NCBI RefSeq assembly: GCF_006345805.1
Contig: NC_042998.1
Location: 41,974,001-42,038,000, forward strand
Length of the DNA: 64,000 bases
Direction of reading: 5' to 3'
Source: Octopus sinensis
Lineage: Eukaryota
The position numbers were made by a program, and so were the translations under genes. Below are positions 1 through 13,093 of this stretch, piece after piece. The notes under the pieces were generated by a model. The model saw only the letters and a program-made list of their open reading frames with translations, ran no database searches and had not been told where the DNA came from. The first letter of the stretch is position 1. Each line of letters begins with the position of its first letter.

Positions 1-73
1 GGAATAAGAGGAAATAAACAGAGAGAATAAAAAACTTGTGGATTTAGCAATCAATCTTGGCAACTGTATATTG

Positions 74-108
<35 letters not shown>

Positions 109-224
109 CTACATATATATACATGCATGAAATCAAATGTATTAATGTGTGTGTGTGTGTGTGTGTATAAATATATCTATATGCATATATATATATATAA
201 ATCTAGCTTCATAAGATGCTATTG

Positions 225-509
225 TACATTAAATTCAACTTATGTTGAAAGTCAACAAAGTTTGCTTTAGAAACATTGAGATGTGTTGAAAGATAGAGAA
301 AAGGAAATAATTTCATTCTCAAACGCAGTCTCATGGCTGTCTGCTGACATATTTTTCTGCAAAATATGGATAGTTTATCCTGCTCATGCTATATTATTGG
401 CATTATCCTGCGTTTGAGAATAAAATTATTTCCTTTTCTCTATCTTTCAATACATTTAAATGCTTCTAAAGCAAACCTTGTTGACTTTGAACGTAAGTTG
501 AATTTAATG

Positions 510-511
<2 letters not shown>
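225..511. mobile_element. MITE-like element with long terminal inverted repeats
   Basis: Arms 225-328 and 408-511 (104 nt each, tacattaaattcaac...ctcaaacgcag) are reverse complements with 8 mismatches by manual alignment. They enclose a 79-nt spacer, both ends are TA, and the right end runs into a (TA)n tract. Confidence 0.7.
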
Positions 512-557
<46 letters not shown>

Positions 558-819
558 TTCTTCTCCGTTGCTTAGCAAATCTCACAGAATTCTTTATATG
601 TAAAAAGACCAAGCAATCTAACTTTAAACCAGCTTTTGATAAATCTGATAACAGAAGAAAGTGCTAAAAAAATATAATAAAAATGTAAATAAAAACATAT
701 ATATAATCATCCAACATTCTGACTACCTTATTATTCTAAATTATTATATATATATGTGTGTGTGTTTGTTTGTGTGTGTGTGTGTGTAAATGTATATATC
801 TTTATATGAAGTGAAGTGT

Positions 820-1105
820 GGTCATGTGGCTAAATGGTTAAGAAATTAACTTCACAACTACAAGATCACTGGTTTGATCCCACTGCGTGACATCTTGGTC
901 AAATATCATTTTGTATATCTTTACATCAAACCATACTTTGTGGATGAAGTAGGAGGGATACAACCTGTTAAGTGGATTGCACCTGCAATTCAAATAGTAC
1001 AGTCTTGTCACACATTGTACGGACACATGTCTGTGGAATGCCCAAAATCTTACATGTTAATTCAGGTGAAGGTTATTCAGTTAATTGAATAGCTGAATCC
1101 TCAAC
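820..1105 (+). mobile_element. tRNA-derived SINE (family A), decayed
   Basis: A-box-like tggctaaatggtt and B-box-like ggtttgatccc at the head; the body resembles other SINE copies in this window (e.g. 9575-9880, 61011-61334). Confidence 0.6.
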
Positions 1106-2598
1106 AACACACAATAAAGATCCATCATTTATTTCCAATATCGAAATATTGAATAAAATGTACAAGAAATAAAATAAAGCTTTTAAATAATGCAAAATTG
1201 CATGTACATATGTTATTTGAGTTGTTATCTCAACCCCAAAACCTGACTAGTACATTGTCCTATCAACCCTGTTAAAATTAAAGAGATGTTAATATTGGTG
1301 GGATTTGAACTCAGAATGTAAATATCCTGAAGAATACTGCAAGGCCTTGTTGTCCACTGCTCTAACAACTAATTATTGTTTATAATGATAATCAAAGACT
1401 ATGAAAACTGAAGGTAACTCACATAGATGATTTCTAGATCTAGATCCAGATTGTAGTATGTTGTTATACTTGTGACATCTGTTATTCTTGTAGAGGCAAT
1501 GTTAGGAATTTGACTCATGATTTCTCTTTTCCTCTTGCCACTTAAATCTTGTAGTGTGTTTTATAGTTATGAATGTGAGGAAAATGTTCAACCTTTATTT
1601 CTGTTGATTTAACATAGCCAAATTTCATATGCAAATATTCATATTACACTTCATATTATTTTTACTTATGTCTAATAATCATTTAAACTATCTATATCTC
1701 ATTTCTATGGAATACTGGAAGTTCAGTGATTACTTTTTAATTCTAATATTTTACATAAAAGTCAAATGACCAACATAAAGCAGAGACAAACTCATTCCAA
1801 ATTCACAACTTTGTTTTAAATCTTAGTTGAAAGCATTTAACTTGGTTTTTACATTCTTAATATCTTTGATAAGTCTATCAATGTCATAAAATCTTACAAT
1901 CATCTTCCTTATTTATTTGAATCTTTGTGCCTATATAAAGAAATCAATATTTGATGTAAGAACAGTTTCCCCAGCCTCAGTCAATAAGAATTTACAACTA
2001 TTTGGTTCACATTGTTTGCCATTTTGATGTTAGTGCCTTTCCTCATTTCAAGACCTTTTGTAGGCATTTTTTTCATTAGCAAATAACTAATTACTTTTAG
2101 TTATTTTTAGTATGTAGTTCAAGATAAAACAGAATACAACAAAACTGTGATCACTGTAGCATGACAAATCAAAAGCCATTATTTGTGAATTTATCAGAAA
2201 TTGTTGTTGTTTACACTGTTGCTGTTGTTTAAGCTCCCAGTCAACCCTGATCAAGCAGACCTTTGATCAAAGTCAGTCCCATTAGGATCATCCCATCTGT
2301 TTAGTGGTATCTAGGACTACATTATCTAATATTTCCTTTCACATGGTAGCACGTGAGAGGGATTTAGCTGCTATTCCTAGCAGGTTAAAGGACCACGAGA
2401 AGGCTTATTCTTTTGCTCCAGCTCCCTCATTCAGTCATATTTGTCAGAACTCAATCAGTGCAGTTTGATAGAGATGGTAAAGAAAAACGTCAAGAATATA
2501 ATATCTCAATTTTATTCATGCCAACTTTTGTCTTGTTACCATAGAAAGATCAAATATATTTATTAAAATGTGATGTTTATTTTCCAACACACAAAGAT

Positions 2599-2629
<31 letters not shown>

Positions 2630-4447
2630 TGTTTGTGTTGTGTGTGCTTGAGTGTTAAATCTTATTTGTATTTGTGTCATTTCATTTGTTGGCTTCTTTA
2701 AACAAAAGGTCCACTATTAGAGAGATAAATGAGAGTGTCATGTTGTTTGACTGGGTATCATGTCCAATGATAGAAAAGGATTTATAGTAATTGAAGAGCT
2801 TGAGTATGATCTGTCTGATGTGTAATTTTTGTTGCAGAGAAAGATTGTGAACATGTTATGACAGAACTAAGCATAGAAAATATTGTTAGATGTATATCAG
2901 AAACTGTTATTTTGGACATGGTAAAGCATACAGTACGACAACATAGCTGTAATTTTTGTAGTTATTTATGCACAATAAAAATAGAATCTCACAGATGAAA
3001 TGTGAGCCTCACAGGTGGATTGACACAAATATATAGAAAAATATTATATTTCAACCTCCACCAATGTGAAAATCACGATTGTGGTAAAGATAATATATTT
3101 TGTATACCTTCCTACGCTACTAATGTTTATTTGAATCAAAAATTAGATTTGATGAGACACTGAGTTTCTGACTCCAGTCATCTTTGGCAATCAGATATTG
3201 TAAACTACTTAGCTTACCATATGGTTAACCATATTTTATTTGTAATCTTTGAAGCTTACAGTCTTTCATCATTGCAGGATTGATTGTGTTACATGACCTA
3301 GTATACTTATAGAGAATTTGTATCTGTATGTAGAAATATGATCTGGAAATAAAATAGTTATATGAATTAGATAAATAAATAAGGGATAAATGTTATTAGC
3401 TTGATCAAGACCCTTCTAAAGATAAAAATAAACATCAATTAATATAGATAAATCTAATTTCCAAACCTGCCTTCTAATTGAAATAAAACATGATAGAGGC
3501 TACAGTATGGACTTACTGAAAAAATTACCATTTCATTTTGAATCAGAGATACACATTTTAAAATTTTCAGTTGTTTTTTCTCTATCAGATATAGTTTATG
3601 AAATTAAACATTATCATTTAAAAGTATTTCATAAATCATTTCCCCTCTTAAGGTGAAGCAACAATTCGACAAAACTGTCATTCTCGCATTCTTTAAATCT
3701 TAGGCTTCATGTTTTTGTCAAAGATTATATATATACTTATATATATTTGATGAAATGTTTCACTAAAAATAAAAGAACAGTATTAAATTATTTTTCACCC
3801 CATCATATGGGTAATTTATGAATGTGTAAAATGACAAATATTTAAATATACAGTAACAATATTTCAGTGTCAACTTGCCCCTCATCCATATTGTTTAAAT
3901 TGTAGAGCTAATGTATTGCAATCTTTGAAATCATAATATAATGAAGCTTCAACTGGAATAGCAAATAATATCCAAATCTGGACAGTCAAACCTTCATTCA
4001 TTCAAACCATTACTATATTTAGTTCAATAGTTTGTCTGCAATATGGCCTTTTCGATGTTTCATTTTATTTCTTTGGTGGTGGGGGATGTTTTATTTTAGT
4101 TTTGTTTTTTTTTCTGCTAAGTTTGTTGTCATTATGTTATGGTGCACAATTTTATCAGGTATTTAATCAAATTCATCATTTCAATGTATTTTTTTTGTTG
4201 TTCTCGCTGGTATCGTCAATATATTATTGTTGTCATTGGTGCCAATACTGCTACTGCTGTTGTTGTTGTTGTTGAATGACTGTACACCCCAATTCACAAA
4301 AATTCCTCCATGCTGTAATTTCCTATTGGTGTAAAGCAGTTCTCAATGCAAACTTTTGTGCAATTTTTTCCTAAAGTCTCTGAGAGTTCTTGTTTTTAAT
4401 TAAAAAAATCCTTCTCTATATTTCATATATATATATATATATTATAT

Positions 4448-4479
<32 letters not shown>

Positions 4480-4480
4480 A

Positions 4481-4533
<53 letters not shown>

Positions 4534-4556
4534 TGTATATATTATATATACGGATA

Positions 4557-4615
<59 letters not shown>

Positions 4616-5281
4616 CACACACATACATATGTATATGATATAATCCTTACATATATAAATATATATATACGGTATTACATACAGTGAGTATAATTATAGA
4701 TTCTTGAATGAAAAACTGTAAAGAAAAATATTGAAATATTGAAATTGATACTATCACAAGATTGGCACTTACACATATGCATGGGTAAGTCCCATTTTGG
4801 TATGCGTACTAATTCACAAATAAGAAAGACTGATCTTTTTTAATAAAAGATAAAAACCCCAGAGTATTGTGCAATTACATACTTTATTCTTCTTTCACAA
4901 AGCTTAGTAAATACAAAGTTTGCTGAAAACAGAATATGTACATGCGTGCGCACACACTCACCCTCTCACTCTTTCTCTCTTACACATACACACACACTAT
5001 AATCTATCTACCTATTTATCTATCTCTTTACCATGCCTATTTATCTATCTGTCTATACACTTCGTGATGATGCTTATAAAATAAAAGATGATGACTATAA
5101 TGATGACAACAACGACGATGATGATGACAATGATGATGATATGCACTGGTATGCATGTGTTTAATAACATTTTGTCTCAATTCCACTTTACATCAGATAA
5201 GATGGGCTTGTTGTACATCCATAAAACTTGAAGTAATGTGGTATTGAGTGAGACTCTCTCTTTCTCTCTCTATATATATAA

Positions 5282-5321
<40 letters not shown>

Positions 5322-5531
5322 TTATGTATATATGTATGTATGTATGTACATATATATATGAAACTGTATAGAAGCTTGTTACTTTATAGGTATATGTATA
5401 TATAAAGTAGTGCTACTACACACACACACACACACATGTATTTACTGGATGAACTGAGGTGAGAGTGAAAGCTGATAGAATAGGTCAGAGCTGAAGAATG
5501 AAGTTGCATGCTGAGAGCAGAAAAGAACAAG

Positions 5532-5597
<66 letters not shown>

Positions 5598-6020
5598 AGG
5601 GAGGGGATACAGTCAAGGTAGAGAAAGGCTAATGATACTATTGAGGGAGAGAGAGAAAGAGAGCAAGGAAGAAAGCAAATGAGTAAAAGTCACAGCAGTT
5701 TGAACGTAATTACAATATGAAATAAATGAAGCTCAGTTTAAAAAATATTAAAAGTTAAGCGCAAATGATAAGAGTAATATATCAAATGAAACATACCTTT
5801 CATCAGCTCTATACTTAAATTTTAGTGACTGAGACAGCCATAAGGTGATGAAACTGTGAAAATACCTAGACAGACAGCTGATGAGTGGTATTTTTTGCTC
5901 ATTCATCTGTTGTCTTCATCACTTGTATCCAATTTCTTTCATTTTTATACTGAAGCCCTCAAATTCTTTTTCCTACAAATTGTAATAATGTTTTTATAGG
6001 GTGATTTGATGCTATATATA

Positions 6021-6775
6021 CAGGGTGCAGTGAATATATTGTTGTCTAAATTACACAAATATGAAGATAGCACTGACATCTCATTTTAACAGGTATATTT
6101 ACTAAAATTACATGAAAATAACTTGAAATACTAAAGAGTAAATTTATTTAATAAAATCGCCATTGGCTTCAACCACGGCCTCCAGATGGCTTCGGAATCT
6201 CCTGCAGCTCTTCTGGATAGTTTGGTGGCCAGATGTTAGGTGTGAAGTAGTTGCAGAAATTGTCTGACAGTCATGACTGGGTTCTCCTGCTTGTGTGGCA
6301 TGATGCAAGAGTCCTGTTGCCAGACATAAGGTCTTCCAGCAGCTACCCTCTTGACCCAGGGCAGCACTACAGCCTCCAGGCACTTAATGTAGGCCTCCGT
6401 GTTGAGTCTGAAGCTGTGTGGGAAAATGAAGGGAGGCGTAATATTGCTATCACTAGTGATCACTCCAAACACCATGATGTTGACTGGATGATTGCTTTTT
6501 ATCACTCTCGGTACATGTTTTGGGGACAGGGCATGCTAATAGTTGTTCTGTGTGTGCACCATCTGTTCTTATTGGAGTTTCTGGTGTAAATGCCAAGCAA
6601 TACAGCATGTCATTTCCAAATTTCTGGCAGAATGAATTGCGTCATGGTGCTGTTTTTCTCACAGGTGGTGCCCAACTGCCTTACTATACTGTATAGTTGA
6701 CAGAATCAAAAACAAAAAATGTGCATGCTCGAAATTATAAATATAAAATGGCAACAATTTACTCATCACACCCTG
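6021..6775 (-). mobile_element. Tc1/mariner DNA transposon, internally deleted, with frameshifted transposase C-terminal half
   Basis: Imperfect TIRs (cagggtgcagtgaatatattgttg / caacaatttactcatcacaccctg), both flanked by TA. ORFs 6236-6505(-) and 6144-6383(-) give IMVFGVITSD...YIKCLEAVVLPW...PYVWQQDS and CRRFRSHLEAVVEANGDF, typical of a Tc1/mariner catalytic domain and C-terminus. Confidence 0.92.
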
Positions 6776-9099
6776 TATATATATATATATACATACACAC
6801 ATACATGTATGTGAATATATTTGTGTGTGTGTGTGTTATGTATGTAATGTATGTATATATGGATGTATGAATGAATGAATGAACAAGCCACAAAAATGCT
6901 CAGTACCAGAAAGGTGTATAATTGGTGGAATTTAAGCAAAAAATCCTAGTACTAATGTTTCCATGTTGGTTTATTGGCCAGTAATTATTGGACTAAAGAA
7001 TACAACTGATATCCTGCTATTCTTGCCAGCAAAGATGGCAGAATGTCAGTTATGTTTCCTAGTTGAATAATAACTCATAAATATGATGGTATGAAGCAAT
7101 TGGTATGACTGTGATTGGCTTGACAGTGCAAATAAGGTGGTCGAGGAGGGAGAGGGAAACAGAGACAGTAACAGTAGCCTCATGTTGATGGGAGATAGGG
7201 TGCTCGAAATAAAGAGTAATGGAATTTGGGTAGAGTGGTTGAAGTCAACAATGTCAACAAAGAGTAATATTTGAAGGAGTGATGTGAAAGTATGAAGTCA
7301 ACAATGAGTACAGTGATTATATGTTAGCAAAGAGTGACAAGGGAGAGGGTTGTGTGTGTATGTGTGTGTGTGAGAGAGAGAGAGAGAGTGAGAGAGAGAG
7401 AAGAGAGAAGAGTTGAAGGATAGTAATAAAGATGAGTGATGATAAGAGAAAGCTAGTGATGAATGACTGTAGAGTTGGGCTGTAGTAAACGATAGTGATA
7501 AAGAGTAATTAATGAATGGATGCTCTTGAATCACTTGTTTCCCTTCTTGTCTCTCACACTGTGTTCTCCTCCGTTCTCCAAGACACTGCATAAACCATTC
7601 TTCTCAGTCTATCCTCACCAGAACATTGCTTTTCATGTCTTTCGTTCTAACATCATGTAAATGTTCAAGAGGAATGTTATTGTTAACTGCATTGATTCAC
7701 AGTGGTCATAGGAGTGGAGTGTGAAGGCCATGGGCACTGCTCCTTCCTTCAAAACAACAAAAAAAAAGAAAAAAAAAGAAAAGAATCTTTCTTGAAATAC
7801 TCTCTGAATTAAACAAACATGTATCAAAGATACTGAATCTGCTGAAATATCTGCTTTCAGTTGAATAGTTACTCTTTCTTTCAATCTTGTACAACAATTA
7901 TTTATTTAAATATCACAAAACTTTGAAATTATTTAAAGCAGTTGGTTGCTTTATATATACATAAAAAAAGAGACATCAACTTCTTGAGAATTGTGTGTTC
8001 TCTATTTTAATATTATTAGAACTTCCATTGATAAAAAAAAAGATATCATGTGCTTCTTATATAGAATAAAGACAAAATTATTTGTTCTTCATACCATTAT
8101 ATGACAATTCAATTTTGTGGATTGACATCTAATATATCTACAAGAATGGTGGTGTAATCCATTCATATTTTGAATAACGTAATTTTAGTTTCTACCATTA
8201 AAATGTTTAAGGCTATTCATCATTTGGAATCATCTTACTGTAAATTGGTATTGGATATATATATATATATATGTTGTTGCAGTATTTTATTCATACATTT
8301 TATAGTAAATTTTTAAATGTAGCTGTTGGTTTCATAACCTTTTACAGTTATTATTGATATCTTCTGCATGTTGTTGTTATTTTCCTCCTCCCCTTTCCCT
8401 ACCACTTATATTATAAAGTATTTACTAAAAGGACTTCTCTACAAAAGTATATTTGATAAATTTCTTGCTTATTTAAAAAAAAATTGCTAATATATAAGCA
8501 CTTATCTAATTACTTTGAAAGTAAACAGACCAAAAATTTTTAAAAAGAAGAAAAGGATGTTCTATTGTTCACTATTTTTGCTATGGAGGTCACACACCAA
8601 AGACAGCCATCTTGATTTTTATAGATTGCTTCCAAGTGTTTGATTTCTTACTTTTGTATTCTCGAGAAGCATATGATTAGTTGATACTCACATCATTGGA
8701 ATATGATTAAGTGATAAGCCAGAGATATTTACTAATAAATTACACAGAACTTGAAGTTTGAGTCTCATCAAAATCTAATGTAAATCTCCTCTGATCTGTC
8801 CATTAATCTCTGGAATATTTGTGACCTGTTTTATAAAGATTTAATCATCTGAACCATTTTCTTGTATTTTGATTTAATAATAGTAGATAAAATCTTGATA
8901 AATTTTTATCTGGAATTCTAAACCACCTTAAAGTATATCAAAAAGTACTGCTCTGTATATAACCCATTAGTTCTTGGGTAGGAGTGAAGGAGACACTACT
9001 GAACACTATTTCAAGATAGTGATTCAAGGGACTAATTTTTCTGTTGCGTCAAGGCACATTGAAGGATTTGAAAGAAATTTCCTCCATCTATTTATGTTC

Positions 9100-9515
9100 T
9101 CTACCCACTATCCTGGGAGGTTCATGGGGATGGAATTTCTCAGGCACATCCTCCATAGGGTCCTTTAAGAAGCAATTAGACTTTCTGACTGGATTCCCAA
9201 GCATGTCCAACCATCTCATACTTGGTCTATTCTTAGATCTCTTACCAGTTGGCTCAGCTTGAAGAATCTCTCTTGTGATTTTTTCCTGTAACAATCTAAT
9301 CATATGTCCATAGTACTAGAGTTGTGACCTATCAATGCAGGGAGGTATTGGTTTGACCTGGAGAGACTCCCTGGCCTTGAAGCTATGCATCCTGTTGAGT
9401 AATGTTACTCCTGAAATTCATCTGAGGAATCCCATTTTAGTCACTTGTATTTGCAATTGTACTTTTTCAGTCATTGTCCAACATTCATGACCATAGCTGA
9501 GGATAGCCACAACAA
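9100..9515 (-). mobile_element. RTE-clade LINE fragment (ORF C-terminus), decayed
   Basis: Manual translation gives LSYGHECWTMTEK...MGFLR*ISGVTLL...YYGHMIRL...PTGKRSKNRPSMRWLD, matching the RTE post-RT C-terminal pattern (WYGHVxR...GKRxRGRPxxRW); contains in-frame stops. Confidence 0.85.
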
Positions 9516-9574
9516 CCAAGCTAGTATAAAATGCCAGATAGTTTTATTGTGTTATTTACATTTGTAGTACATTT

Positions 9575-9880
9575 ACAGTAGCGACTTATGATGGACTCTC
9601 CCATCAAAGATGACATGTTAGCTCTTTGCCAAACAACCTGCACAAATGATTTGTTTATAATGATCAAATGTTCATGCTGCACATTAGCTCATTCTCTCAA
9701 TCAAATCAATGTTTTCTGAACAGATTCACTGTACCACACGTCAGGTGTCAAAGTGATTGTAGAGCAATGTGAGAAGGAGTGTTTTGCTCAAGAACACAAC
9801 GCACCACCTGGTCTAGGAATTGAAGCCACGATCACTAGAGTATGAGTGCAACAGCCTAACCACTAGGCCATATGCCCTCA
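9575..9880 (-). mobile_element. tRNA-derived SINE (family A)
   Basis: On the - strand the head reads ggcatatggcctagtggttaggctgttgcactc (A box); the body matches 57555-57820 and 61011-61334. Confidence 0.75.
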
Positions 9881-10611
9881 CAGGAGTTATGCTACTCCTA
9901 ATAATGACTATTTCCACCCAAGTTGACTGGGCAATTAGGGGTTGAGTGTTTTGGTCAGAGATACAATACATCACTAGTTACAGAATGCAAACTGATGTTC
10001 CTTTAATTGTTTAGTTAATCTTAGACATAATTTTTTAATTGTATACCACTGATTTGACCTGCTATTACCTCACCACCCACGGTACCTTACTATCACTCTA
10101 ATAATGTTTGTTAGGGAAAGTTCATTACTCTGTTAACTGGGTTATAGGTTTTGATGTTTTTGATTTTGGTTTATAATTGGTATATACTAAGCAATATACA
10201 GTTAAGAACATATCAGATATTTTAACCATTTGGCTGTTACACTCCTTATTTGAAATGGTTATATTAAAATTATATGATAGTAATATATACTGACCAGCAT
10301 AATAGTAAAATTATATTGTCTGTTATTCCATGAAGTTCTCTATTATTATTAATTTAAAGAATATTGTAGAAAAGACTATTAAAGAATATTCTAGAAAATC
10401 TGAATTATTTTTAAAGATTTATGTTTATAGGAATTTCATACAGTTTACTGTGAAGGAGAACTTACTATATTATTGAATCTAGACTAAATAATTTTTTTGT
10501 CTCCAAACTGAAAACATTAATAAAAATGATTGTTTGCAATCTTTCCAAACTTAATGATTATAAAAAAAAAGCCCTTGATATTATTTGCTAGTTTATTGAA
10601 ATAAACTGTAT

Positions 10612-10748
<137 letters not shown>

Positions 10749-11570
10749 TAAATATGTGTGTGTATGTGTGTGTCTGCATGCATAGATGTGTGGGTCTCTC
10801 TGTCTCATTCTTTTTTCTCTTTTTCTATACATACATGCACATGTATATACAGATGCACACACAAACATATATTTGTGTGTATATACATACAAGGCATATC
10901 TGTTTATCTTTCCATCTATCTATCTATCTATTTATCTATCTATCTCTCTGTCTGTCTCTCTCTCTCTCTGTCTCTCTCTCTCCACACATGCACAAAACAT
11001 AAGTATAAGTGGTTTTCTTCCCAACCACATGGTTTCAAGTTCAGTCCCACAAATAGTTTTACCAAAACATAAACAAACACACAGACACATATGCACCTTA
11101 AAGTGGGCTTAAGTGTTCAGGTATCTGCCCATACCCCCATCCCACCCCATAAAAACTGTACCCATAGATACTCCTATACTCATTACAACCCTACACAAAT
11201 ACCAACCCTTAATGCTTACACATATTTTCAGAAAACTCTTGCAGACATAGAGACCCCTATGGCTAGGGGACATGAGTCTTGATATAATCCTTGTTCAGTT
11301 TGTTTCATCATTTTTCAGAGTGCCAAAAACTAGATGTGGTTTTTCACCTCCAATAATGAGGAGCAGTTGGCATATTTTTTTCCATACCTGCCGGCTCTGA
11401 CCAGCATGCGTATTATGTACCTAATTCCTGGTTCAATACCCAGTGTTGTGAAGCCAATTGATAAGATTGGGCATAATGTGTATATAATACTGTACACTTA
11501 TAATACTCATTCACTCTGTTGTCAAATTTATCAGTGCATATATTTTTTTGTGTCTTATTGATTCTTAGAC

Positions 11571-11626
<56 letters not shown>

Positions 11627-11706
11627 AATTGCAGCGTGGAAGGTGTTTATAAGCCATTTAAGAAACACACAAAAGCCGTTCGATTCACTTCAACATTTAA
11701 GTTTAA

Positions 11707-11756
11707 TTTGTCAAAATATTTTCGTCGCTAAAATCCGCGACCTGTTCACTGACAAA
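11707..11756 (-). ncRNA. Mirror copy of the candidate variant hammerhead ribozyme
   Basis: The left arm of the palindrome read on the - strand is identical to 11777-11826. Confidence 0.6.
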
Positions 11757-11776
11757 GTCTGAGATGCATCTCGGAC

Positions 11777-11826
11777 TTTGTCAGTGAACAGGTCGCGGAT
11801 TTTAGCGACGAAAATATTTTGACAAA
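11777..11826 (+). ncRNA. Candidate variant type I hammerhead ribozyme (G3:C8 core, minimal palindromic stem III)
   Basis: Stem I UUUGUCA(11777-83)/UGACAAA(11820-26); core GUGAACA (11784-90); extra G11791; stem II GUCGC/GCGAC with an 8-nt loop; GAA (11810-12); self-complementary AAUAUU (11813-18); predicted UU-U cleavage after 11819. Confidence 0.6.
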
Positions 11827-11952
11827 TTAAACTTAAATGTTGAAGTGAATCGAACGGCTTTTGTGTGTTTCTTAAATGGCTTATAAACACCTTCCACGCT
11901 GCAATTGTTTTCGTTTCAGCACACGATCTCAGATCAAATTACTTGCTATGCG

Positions 11953-12004
11953 AGTACATCTCCGTAATATATATATATATATATATATATTACGGAGATG
12001 TACT
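11953..12004. repeat. 52-bp perfect palindrome centred on (TA)n
   Basis: agtacatctccgtaa-(TA)n-ttacggagatgtact; the arms and the TA core are all self-complementary about 11978/11979. Confidence 0.93.
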
Positions 12005-12019
12005 AAGCCCTTATATATA

Positions 12020-12056
<37 letters not shown>

Positions 12057-12059
<3 letters not shown>

Positions 12060-13093
12060 GGTCATGCAAAATAACTTATTTCAAAAACTTGAAGACACCC
12101 TTTCATTTTATTTAATTTAGTGCAAAAACTCAACATGCAAAATTTCAGCACAATTGAAGACATTTTAGAGGTTGCTACTATCCAATGAACATTTTGTATA
12201 TTGTTATTTTTCAGTTTGTATTTATTGTACATTTTCTGTCTCCTTGCCATCTTCTACTGGCCCTGACATAACAACTGTTTAGAGATTCAAAGCAAAGTAG
12301 GTGGAAATTGACAAGAACAATTACCAAACAGCAACAGATGACCCTAACATTGCAGAGAAAATCTCAGATGCTGAAGAAATGATTCAATTTGCTCAAGCAG
12401 CCTCATGATGACTACAAGGAATTGCTGGAGCTAATGCTCATTTTCCTTGGTAGTACCCCCAAGTCAAGAATTAGCTTTAAAGCACCTGGTGGTTATCACA
12501 GAGCATGATGGATGGCCAAGCTAATTTACTGCATTAAAATTTGGATGCTTAAATCTCACTTTAAACTAACTGAAAGAGAGAAAAAAGGACTGAGAGATGT
12601 TTGCTGCTTTTCAGCTGCGATATACATCAGATTGTGATACTGGCACCCATGCCCTCATGTCCCTCCCACATTCAGATTTGCTTTTGTGCAAAGTCTGCAG
12701 CTCTACAAGCAAAAGGATGACAAAGTTGCAAGTGCTGCACTCAATAAGTTTTTGAGACATTTGTGGTACCTCTCTGAGGAGCTTGTGGTGCTTGCATTTT
12801 TGATCCACATAAAAAAAGTTAACATGATATACGTTGTACCTCACTACATACTATAGCCTAGAATGTCATTGTTTTTTTACCAAACTAGGTTAACTAGGCA
12901 CATCTCAAAACCGTTCCAATGAAAATATCAACAAAATAATATTTGTGAGCACAAATTGATATAAATTTATTTTTAAAGCTTGGTAGCAACCTCTAATTTT
13001 CTCTTTTACAACCTCAAATTATGCATACAGTGCTTTCTGGGGAATATGAATAAAATAAGAGGGTGTCTCCCTGAAAATTGAAAAAAACTTTTT

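Larger units (their letters stand above)
11623..11910. repeat. 288-bp near-perfect palindrome (144-bp arms, no spacer), a fold-back duplication of a short hammerhead-bearing repeat
   Basis: aaacaattgcagcgtgg (11623) mirrors ccacgctgcaattgttt (11910). The centre is atg|cat at 11766/11767, and the only mismatch I found is T11760 versus G11773. It sits between (TA)n tracts. Confidence 0.95.

Noticed and set aside
329-407. CUGA followed by two hairpins in the MITE spacer
   Set aside because: It lacks NGA and GAAA, so it is not a hammerhead on either strand.
2430-2920. Small + strand exon candidates (ELNQCSLIEM; KDCEHVMTELSIENIVRCISETVILDM)
   Set aside because: Splice signals are plausible but the phases do not chain and there is no homology; such signals arise by chance in AT-rich DNA.
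3219-3234. 16-bp perfect palindrome atatggttaaccatat, and a 9-bp hairpin at about 31086-31107
   Set aside because: Short and AT-rich; a few are expected by chance in 64 kb.
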